This document shows positions 54,214 to 64,000 of a stretch of DNA of 64,000 nucleotides, piece after piece. The stretch spans positions 76,508,001 through 76,572,000 of the forward strand of contig OX597828.1 of NCBI GenBank assembly GCA_951406725.2, written 5' to 3'. The DNA is from Octopus vulgaris. Taxonomy: Eukaryota. The position numbers and the translations under genes are program-made. The notes below the pieces were generated by a model. It was not told where the DNA came from and searched no databases. It worked only from the letters and a program-made list of their open reading frames with translations. Every line of letters starts with the position of its first letter. Positions within the stretch are counted from its first letter, which is position 1.

Positions 54214-54766
54214 GAGTGAGAGAGCAGTGTGTGCCATCAAAGTGACACTGGGGTAAAATATACGAAGCCCAGTATACCCATCAGGACTACCCCTCTCATA
54301 AGGGTATACTAGGCACATGCACCACAACCACATGTGCGCGACATGACAATCTCATATCAAGATAAACAGTGCATGACCTCACAGGTGGGGCCCAGTTAGA
54401 ATTTTCTTCAGGTCGAGTAGCCCATCCCTCACAAAAAGTTCCTGAATAAGGGTTGTTTAAAGATGTTGATCGAAACACCCATGTTTCCAGAGGTGAATTA
54501 TCCAAACCCCAAAGAATTCCTCTCATGGCAATGATGCTCCCTCACTACTTACGCTCGTGATCAGAGATGCACATGTCCTCAGCCGCTAAGGGATATGTTC
54601 AACTGGTTAAGGTCAAACAAGTGACAAGCAAATCTGTGGCATGGAGCAAAATATTTCTTGTAGCCTATCTTTTATAGCAAGACTAAACAACGTACATGAT
54701 AAAACTTCCAATCAGTTAAGATGACAACCCATGAGAGCCACTGCCTGGTACTGCATCAGCACATTT
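54214..54766 (-). mobile_element. ~558-bp element, older full-length copy
   Basis: Colinear with the other copies, with more substitutions. Confidence 0.85.
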
Positions 54767-54834
54767 ATTATTATTATTGTTGTTGTTGTTTGTGTTCTTC
54801 TTGTTGTTGTTGGAGGTGGTGTTATTATTGTTAT

Positions 54835-55145
54835 ATGGAATCTCACAGCTTATTTTGCTGGGTATGATGGAAAGTGTCTACCGCCCACAGCCAACAGACA
54901 TAAGTGACACGTGTTTACTGGTCGTGCTTCAAGAATCCTGTGAGGAGTTCTTGCAGTTCCAAGCAATGCAGATTTTTGTAGGTCTTCTACATTCACACTT
55001 GCACCGATCTTTTTTAAGCCATGTTGGTAGCTGAGTGCTGATGCTTCCAGGTACACAAATTACTATTTGTATCATGCCTACTCTCCTCATTGACCACAAC
55101 CTTCGCATTTCACTTCAGAGCATGTCTTCTCACTTCGCAAGAATA
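54835..55145 (-). mobile_element. 3' end of a second R4/Dong-like family
   Basis: EMRRLWSMRRV..IVICVPGSISTQLPTWLKKIGASVNVEDLQKSALLGTARTPHRILE, followed by AAT/AAC repeats. Confidence 0.7.
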
Positions 55146-56062
55146 CTGCATTGCGCTGTTCCGCTGGACGACAATACGAGTCACAATTCCCATATCCTTC
55201 ACACCCTTGGTCGCACTTTGGGTGCTGTGGTGAGTGCAACACTTATCACATGAATAATAAAAAAAAACTAGCGTTCCACAATCATTTAATCTCCCTGGTT
55301 ACGTCTTGACATTTCGCCATTTTCTCAGTGTCTTTCTTCTCTATTTTACTATCATATGGGATTCAAACATCAGTAATCTTAAATTGTGACCAGTTATTTT
55401 ATTAAGGTCCCATTTTGTTCGTTTATGAAGAAATAATATCGATGGGAATAAGCAACTAAGGGAAGAGGCTAACATGCAGTTCACAGGGAGATGGAACGTT
55501 CGTCCTATGCAACTCCTGGGCGGGCCATGGTTTGTACAGTCTAACCAATACAGCCTACGATATACATTCAGAGATGCTCAATTTATAAAGCAAACGACAA
55601 TTACGTCGTCTATGTGTTCCTTCAAACAACTGGACATTACTGCTAAATATATCCTAATTGGAATGGTCATTCGATACTGTAATCATACAAACACAGAATA
55701 AGATTAAACAGCAACAAAGACAAAAACAGCAGTAAAAACGACGAGGAAAAGAGCGTGAAGTGATAAGGAACATACAGGATGGCTATTATTGACCAACAGG
55801 CTGCGCGAAGAGCGTGATGATCACGGATGGAATGCGTATTATCGTAGGTCATCTCAATCACGTATGGCCAGGGGCTAAACAAAACTATTCAATCAATCAA
55901 TCAATCGGCTGCTAAATCAATACCGCCTTTGAAAAGGGACTTCAAATGGCATACCTCCCTGGATTAAGCAGAGTCAATATACTCCATTTAACGTCCATTA
56001 TTGATTCATACAATATATTTGTATATATATATATATATATATATACATATACACACGCACAA

Positions 56063-56139
<77 letters not shown>

Positions 56140-56447
56140 CATTTATATGTTTGTAGTGCAACAACAAAACCCAATTCCTGGCTTTAATAGTCCTTCAGTG
56201 TGTAAACATAGTCTCTCAATTGAAGATTACCTCTTTTCATATTTGTATACATAAGTATGACTATATATATGTGTGTGCGTGTGCGTATGGGTGTATGGGT
56301 GTGTTTAATATATAGGAGTATACATGGGTGTATGCAGGTACGCCTATATAGATAAACAAACGTATATATGCATATATATAATACATATGTATGTATTTAT
56401 GGATATATATATGTATATATGCATATATATGTATCTATGTGTATATA

Positions 56448-56486
<39 letters not shown>

Positions 56487-56529
56487 GTGTATATATATGT
56501 ATATATATATGTATATATATATGTGTATG

Positions 56530-56563
<34 letters not shown>

Positions 56564-56601
56564 TTTGTATATACGTGTGTATATATATATATATATTTGT
56601 G

Positions 56602-56633
<32 letters not shown>

Positions 56634-57064
56634 TGTTTTTATGTTTGTATGTATGTAGGTGTATGTGTGTATGAAGAGTTTCACTTTAGCATCACCGTTA
56701 TCTGATAGAGCATAGTTAAGCGTTGAGTCAATTTGCCTCGAGCGAGTTTTCTCCAAGTTCAGCACAAAACTTTTAACTAACACACATTATCAAACAGCAC
56801 GTTCGTAACCTAGGGACATTCTAGGAATCAGGCAAATAGTATTAAATATATGGTAGTTTCACTTTGTAGAAGCCTGATATCAACTACCGCGCTTTTATTT
56901 CTGAGAGAGGTAAAGCAGAGGAGGGAAATGACCAAACCTTCTGATCTTTATCTTGCCATCAACAACGGCTTCGACACCTTTCATATATGCAGAAAACATC
57001 AGAGACACTATACATGTATTTGTACACACGCGCGAGCGCACAGAGAAACATATAAAAATATGTT

Positions 57065-57124
<60 letters not shown>

Positions 57125-57796
57125 TGTATATATATATATATATATATAAATATATATATATATGCATATATATGTATGCATGCATGTACATATATAAAAA
57201 TATAGACATGAGAGTCATTTATATAGATATATGTAAAATATATATCTATAAAAATGTCTTTTCACACACATACATGCATATGTGTGTGTGCGTGTATAAA
57301 TATAGATGCGTTTATTTGTATATATATATATATACCCGCTCACACGCACACGCACATACACACATATATACATATATATACATAGATATAGATGTATATA
57401 TGTATGTATATTTTTAGTTTGGGTGTGAGTGTATGTGTGTCTAGTTGTTCGTGTGTGCGGGTGTGCTATATATGTGTTTGCGTTTGTGTGCGTGTGTCAC
57501 AGACGCATCATTTGAACTGTTATTTATCAAGGAATTTTCCAAACTACATGCTTGCGGTAAATAACTTGGTACATCGCACATTTAATTTCGGTGAAATTGA
57601 TATTTATGGCAGATAGACGGAATTAAGTTTTATATTCCGCACCACAACACATATGTGATCGGGTAGATGCTAAAAAATAAGGCAGATATATCTCTATATA
57701 TGTAACTCTATAAAATATTCATATGTAACAACATATACACATTCATCCATCCATCTATATATCCATCACCTGTCTGTCTGTTTATTCATCTATCTA

Positions 57797-57892
<96 letters not shown>

Positions 57893-58106
57893 TAGAGATA
57901 GACAGATATATGTATATATCTATCAGTATATATATATATGGGGTACATATACATATGTGTGGGTGGGTGTATGTACATATATGTATATGTACATTTATGC
58001 ATATGTAAGCGCTGATGCGTATTGAGACGTTATATATATATATATTTATATCCATGTATATATATAAAATAAACGCATTTTACACGGGCGTACGAGATAA
58101 TGTATG

Positions 58107-58157
<51 letters not shown>

Positions 58158-58160
58158 GAA

Positions 58161-58191
<31 letters not shown>

Positions 58192-58234
58192 GTATATATT
58201 TATGTATATATATATATATATGTACATATATATA

Positions 58235-58265
<31 letters not shown>

Positions 58266-58274
58266 GTGTATACG

Positions 58275-58657
58275 TGGAGGCGCAATGGCCCAGTGGTTAG
58301 GGCAGCGGACTCGCGGTCATAGGATCGCGGTTTCGATTCCCAGACCGGGCGTTGTGAGTGTTTATTGAGCGAAAACACCTAAAGCTCCACGAGGCTCCGG
58401 CAGGGGGTGAGGGTGATCCCTGCTGTACTCTTTCACCACAACTTTCTCTCACTCTTACTTCCTGTTTCTGTTGTACCTGTATTTCAAAGGACCGGCCTTG
58501 TCACTCTCTGTGTCACGCTGAATATCCCCGAGAACTACGTTAAGGGTACACGTGCCTGTGGAGTGCTCAGCCACTTACACGTTAATTTCACAAGCAGGCT
58601 GTTCCGTTGATTCGGATCAACCGGAACCCTCGTCGTCGTAACCGACGGAGTGCTTCC
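58275..58657 (+). mobile_element. Full-length tRNA-derived SINE family C
   Basis: A-box TGGCCCAGTGG, B-box GTTTCGATTCC. Inserted in (TA)n. Confidence 0.85.
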
Positions 58658-58681
58658 ATCCATATGTATATATATATGTAC

Positions 58682-58752
<71 letters not shown>

Positions 58753-58753
<1 letters not shown>

Positions 58754-59605
58754 CTTTATATATATAAAACTGAGAATGTGTGTCTGTCTGTGTGTTTCCC
58801 TAAAACTTGAGAACTAAACAACCAATTTCATTCAAATTTTACACATGCGGGGAGTGTTATCGGCAAAAAAATGTTTAACTTTTTGCCTAGGGTGAGCCCA
58901 CAGCAATATCATATCTTCTCCACTACGATTCCCTAAAACTTGAGAACTACACAACCAATTTCATTCAAATTTTATACATGCCTTACTTAGGGTCTATATA
59001 GTTTCATGGGTAAAAATAAATGTTCAACTTCTTGACTAGAGCGAGCCCATAGCAATATCATATCTTCTCCACTATTTCAGTATTACGTTTTAAAAGTGAA
59101 ACAAAAATATTTCTCTATTTTATGTCAGATGCTTTCACTTTAACAATAAAAATAATAATAACAATTGAATTATATGTAGTAAGTAATAATTAAAATCAAA
59201 CTAAAGTATAATATAATTGTAACATACAAAAGTAAAAATAGCAATTGGTATAAAATTGCATCAATGACTTGAACTTGAATAAGTGGTTTCACATGAATGG
59301 GAATAAATTGAAAATAAAATTAGAGTGCAGAAATGGAATAGTCCAGATGGATAATAAAAAATTAAATTAAAGAAAAGACTATTGTCTATAAAGTATACAA
59401 TGTAGAGAAAAAAAGAGCTAACAATTTCAGTCTGTTATATTTTTTGAGTATTGTTATCACTAGCGATATCAAGATATAACTTTGTATTTTGCATTTTATG
59501 TGTAGATGTATATATATAGATGTACATGTAATATGTACACATATATATACACATATATACATGCACTAGCACTATGACCTGGCAACGACGGGTCTTTAAT
59601 GCTAG
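58753..59605 (+). mobile_element. Non-autonomous Helitron
   Basis: A|TCTTTATATATATAAAA 5' end; 3' hairpin GACCTGGCAACGACGGGTC then CTAG|T. Internal ~133-bp tandem duplication. Confidence 0.7.
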
Positions 59606-59639
59606 TATATATATATAAGAGAGAGAGAGAGAGAAAGAA

Positions 59640-59690
<51 letters not shown>

Positions 59691-60414
59691 CATGCACACA
59701 CACACAGACACACACATTTACCCCATATTTAGTTCGTTATTCATACATGCATATATTTCATATTTTCACGCATATCTTTCCTGGAGGCCTTCCATTCAAC
59801 TCAGATGCCATGCAAGGAGGTTTTCCAAGCAGTTTAAATCATTGAGTTGACTGGCTTAGACATTTTAATGCTGTTTTCTGTGTCTCTCTCCTTTGAGCAT
59901 GAACTTGGTCGATTAGGAACCGATGTCTACTAATATCTTCCTAGATAATTTACATCTTCCCAGACTCACAATCCTGTCTGTAACTCTCATATTACGCAGT
60001 GAATATATTTAGCCACAGTAAGCTCAAAGTTATTTTCGAACATTTTTGGGGTGTATTATGAGGAATGCCGATTTGTGGTTATAGATATTTCGAGGTCGCC
60101 AATGTACTTTTAGTTTTGAATTTTATACGTTTTCTTGTCATGCTGGGACACTTTTTTGACAGGATCTTACTTTAATGGAGAGTAGAGACTCTTTTGGCGT
60201 TGAATGCTGTGTATATCACGTGCAAATACTCAACAAGATGCTTATTCATGAGCTATGTCAAACCAAACTACCTATATACATAAAGACATACATCTATGAT
60301 GTATGGTCTTGTGTTTGTATGTGTCGAAACAATTGCTGTCATTAATAATATATTCTCGAATATTCCATCTGTCTTTTATTTCTTATATATATATATATAT
60401 ATATTCATACATAT

Positions 60415-61150
60415 ATTTAGTCATCCCATAAATATTACGGGTTTTTATTCTTCGAAATTAAGATAAACAAAGTTTTTTTCTTAATCGAAAATATACTCTC
60501 CTTCATTTGCTTAATGCTCTTCCATCTATCTGGTAGGTTTGCAAGTCCTCTCTTCCAAAATTCACCTGTCTCTGACAAAAGATATTCTTGCAATACTGCT
60601 CTGATCTCGTCTACAGTATTCATATTTTTCCGTCCAAATGATTTTGAAGACTGCCGAATAAATGATAATCAGTCCCTCCGGTGTTCCTCCTAGCCCTACG
60701 CAGAGTCTTCCGCGCTTGTCATTTTTATAAAGAACCCATTTATCGTCACCAGTTACTATTCGGTGCCAAAATGAGACACGACAGCAAAGAATAGCATACA
60801 TTCACTCTCTGCGCGCAATTGGACTCGGAAATTTTGTGAGGAATCCATTGATCCCTCAATTTACTGACTTTTCCGATGGTAAGCAGGTATCGATGCATGG
60901 TTGAATGACCAAACAAAAGCTTCTGTGCTAGTTCCTCAACTGTTACGATGGGACTTTGTTCCACCAGGGTTTGCAGGACGTCCTTGTCGAGCTCTACAAA
61001 TCTTCCAGGTCGAGGCTCATCTTCTAGGTCTGTAATTTCCGACTCAGAATTTCTGGAATCACCGTTGAAACTAGCCCAGGTTTATTGTCCGATCCCCATA
61101 ATCTGCATTAATATTCCTCGCACTTTCCGCTGCGTTGTCGCTTTTTTAAA
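60415..61150 (-). mobile_element. Decayed mariner transposase with internal deletion
   Basis: TVEELAQKL..HSTMHRYL..GKVSKL..WIPHKIS (WVPHEL-like), RIVTGDDKWVLY, FWKRGLANLPDRW. Confidence 0.85.
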
Positions 61151-61349
61151 ATCAAATTCGGAAAGAGAACCGAACTCGATTTAAAAAAAGACATTAAATT
61201 TATTTCTACTTAAGATCTAATGACCTTTGTCTGCTTGGAAGTTTCCTCCCTCTTAATATGGAGGCCCTGGCCGCAGTGTTAATATCCCCTTTAGATGTGT
61301 GGTTAGAGCCAGAGAACAATAGTCGTAGTGAATGTATGGTACCCTTTTA

Positions 61350-61990
61350 AATTAGCTAACCTTGAATCTCGAATCCATTTTCGGTATAAAAGTATATCCG
61401 AAGGGGATCAAACCGAAAAGGAGCGATAGTAGAAAACGAAGCTCATCTGCTATTTTGTCATTTATTTACATAGAATTTGTGATGGATGAGCAGAAGAGCT
61501 GTTGTGGTGAGTCATCTAAGTTCTTGTGTTATTTTGGAGTTTTTTTTCCCACGCCGCAGAATTCTTCTTTTGAACATCTCAGAACATCCAAATAAACATT
61601 TTATTGATTGTTTTACCGCGTGATAGAAATCCATGATGAACGACTACACTTCGCTAGAAAAGATGATTAGCATCCTCTTTTGGCTTGCGGTGATGATAAC
61701 CTATGCCACAGAATAAAGCGATGGCTGTCTTGTGCTTCGACCACATGTCCGCATACCTAAATGTCAAAAGCTGTTACGACACTTTTCAGAATTAATTTAT
61801 CAGCATTCTAATTGACGACTTCCACTAACTCGGTTCTAATTTTGTGTACAAATTTCGCAGTCACATGATGCAACTTGAATTATTGAGCTAAACGCATATG
61901 GCTTAAGCATTTTACAAATGCATACTTCATGGAAGTATATACTGAAGGACATTCCAGGATCCTAAAGTATGGTTGTTCACCCTCACGAAT
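61350..61990 (-). mobile_element. Highly decayed second mariner-like transposase
   Basis: Manual translation gives VTAKFVHKI, LKSVVTAFDI*V, AKKRMLIIFS, HHNSSSAH and FIPKMDSRFK, in mariner order. Confidence 0.5.
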
Positions 61991-62260
61991 TTATGTGATG
62001 AGCTTATGAATAGAATTTTTAAAAACTGTTTATCTTCCGTTTGTACTTGCCCGATATAGACGTAGCTCTACGCTGGATCACTAAATATCCAGTAACAAGG
62101 TACAAAATTAAACACGAACAAAAGCGTAAAGGAAAAACAAGAAAAAAACAAAACTGAAATTCCAATGACATGGAATGTCATTTTTGATTTCAATTCTGGT
62201 AGAAATACTGTTGATCTTCGTCAGAATGTATTTCAGAAACTTTACATAAATTCTTTGGGA

Positions 62261-62317
<57 letters not shown>

Positions 62318-62615
62318 TACATACATACACACGCGCAAAGGCCTACGAGACACCAAGGCGCGACCAGCTTCGTCTCCATCTACGAGGTTCAATAAACTCT
62401 CAATTTAATTGCCGCTGAAATGCCAATCTCACTTCTAACAACACCATGGGACCAACCTTGACACCCATAACATCCTATTTACCAGTAGCCATCATGAGCC
62501 TCTTGTATTTCTTCACTCAGCAACCTGAGCCCGAACGAGCAAGGTCTCTGCTAGAAGCCTACGAAAGTTTCAGTTGCAGGGAGACGAATGAAGATGTATT
62601 AAATTTATATATATA

Positions 62616-63004
62616 CTAGCAGTATCACCCGGTGTTGCTTGGGTTTGTTTCGACCCTTTAGAATTTGAATTTTTGAAAAGTTGAACTTTTGCATTATGCA
62701 ACTTGTTATTCTCTTCAAGTGAACATTTTTCCAGTTGAAATACACCGAAAAATGGTGACACAGCAGTCAAAAATCGTAAAAAATAGGGATTTTCATAGCA
62801 AAAAAGCACCTTTTTGATGTAAATAATTTTTGGTGTTAACATGGTCCGATTTGAATTTTATCTCCTACAGAAGGAAGAGCAAGCCTTTTTCTATCATACT
62901 CTCAAATTTGGTCATCTTGCGCTGCAGGGTCTCGAAGGAGATAGTGTTAGTTGAAGGCTACCAAACCTGCCACACACAGACAACTTCAGCTTTATATATA
63001 TAGA
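62616..63004 (-). mobile_element. Non-autonomous Helitron
   Basis: Minus strand: A|TCTATATATATAAAGCTG... 3' hairpin ACCCAAGCAACACCGGGT then CTAG|T. Confidence 0.75.
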
Positions 63005-63126
63005 TTTGCTACACACTACTTTCCATCCTATACAAAGTAGCCATTAAGAAATTTAATAATATATTATGTAATGATAGGAATGGGATTTGCCCACTCTATA
63101 GGAACAAGTCATGGAACACTATAGAA

Positions 63127-63717
63127 ATGACAAAAAAGAAAATAGGGAAGGCCAACTCTTGGTATGATAAATACCAGAGTGTCATGTTCGTTGACACCAC
63201 CCCTGGAGGTGAACTGGCGTACCGCTTTAGAAGGACCCTAGACAAACTTAAACTAAGAATTAAGGTTGTAGAAAAGCCAGGCAACCCTATCAAATCTATA
63301 ATTGGTAAAACCTATCCTTTTAGTAGAACCCCCTGTACGGATAAGTACTGTACTGTATGTAGATTTATCCCACAAACAAACTGTAAAGCCAGAAATGTAG
63401 TCTATAGTATAAGATGTATAGAGGGACGATGCGATAACAAGACAACGACATACGTAGGGGAAACGGCAAGAAGCATAGGAGAGCGGGTAAATAAGCATTG
63501 GAGACAACTCAAGGAAGGTAAAAGCTCATCGATTCTGTACCAACACGCCGAACAGGAACACGGGGGGTCAATCAATAACATAGAAATTAAAACATTATCC
63601 ACACATAAATCAGATGCAACAATTAGACAAATTACAGAAGCTACACACATAATAGAAAATAAACCTAGCCTGAATAGAAAACTAGAATGGAGCATTAACA
63701 CACACCACAACATATGA
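63127..63717 (+). CDS. Penelope-like C-terminal region with GIY-YIG endonuclease (5'-truncated; clade possibly Nematis)
   Basis: [66 protein letters not shown]. Second copy at 21683-22180. Confidence 0.85.
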   Translation: MTKKKIGKANSWYDKYQSVMFVDTTPGGELAYRFRRTLDKLKLRIKVVEKPGNPIKSIIGKTYPFSRTPCTDKYCTVCRFIPQTNCKARNVVYSIRCIEGRCDNKTTTYVGETARSIGERVNKHWRQLKEGKSSSILYQHAEQEHGGSINNIEIKTLSTHKSDATIRQITEATHIIENKPSLNRKLEWSINTHHNI

Positions 63718-63779
63718 CGATAGAGGATCCTGAAAACATAATAAATACACAGATAAATAAACAAATAGAAATAAATAAA

Positions 63780-63858
<79 letters not shown>

Positions 63859-64000
63859 GTGTGTATATATATATATATTTTTTTTTTTTATAATTTTTTT
63901 TTTTTCGATTCGATTTATTATTATTATTACTAGTATCGTTGTTATACATACAAGCATATGTAATGATAATAATAAGTGGATGTAAACACATGAACAAAAT

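Noticed and set aside
58275-58350. tRNA gene
   Set aside because: The tRNA-like sequence is the head of a multi-copy SINE and lacks a proper acceptor stem.
59765-60030. RTE-like LINE C-terminal remnant on the minus strand
   Set aside because: Only scattered residues match; not supportable without a profile search.

Overview
AT-rich, microsatellite-saturated eukaryotic non-coding DNA. The SINE, LINE and Penelope repertoire suggests an octopus or other coleoid cephalopod (inference, not checked). I could not support any host protein-coding gene. Nearly all ORFs in the track are translations of (TA)n, (CA)n, (GATA)n, (AAT)n or (TTC)n repeats. The real coding sequence is retroelement or transposon derived: (1) a near-full-length R4/Dong-clade LINE (RT + CCHC + restriction-like endonuclease) and several fragments, most in (AAT)n tracts; (2) Penelope-like elements (RT + C-terminal GIY-YIG), one with an uninterrupted 582-codon ORF, in (TA)n tracts, with pseudo-LTRs that carry hammerhead ribozymes including U3:A8 core variants; (3) Tx1/L1-clade 3' ends in (GATA)n tracts, one with a twin-priming inversion; (4) two decayed mariners, two non-autonomous Helitrons and three tRNA-SINE families. 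The most notable signals are the partitioning of microsatellite targets among retroelement families, a fixed-length ~558-bp non-coding element that co-inserts with Dong into (AAT)n, a SINE that shares its 3' tail with the Tx1 LINE, an ORF-less 500-nt hammerhead repeat, and a duplicated CRE+TATA promoter-like cassette. All alignments and folds were done by eye.
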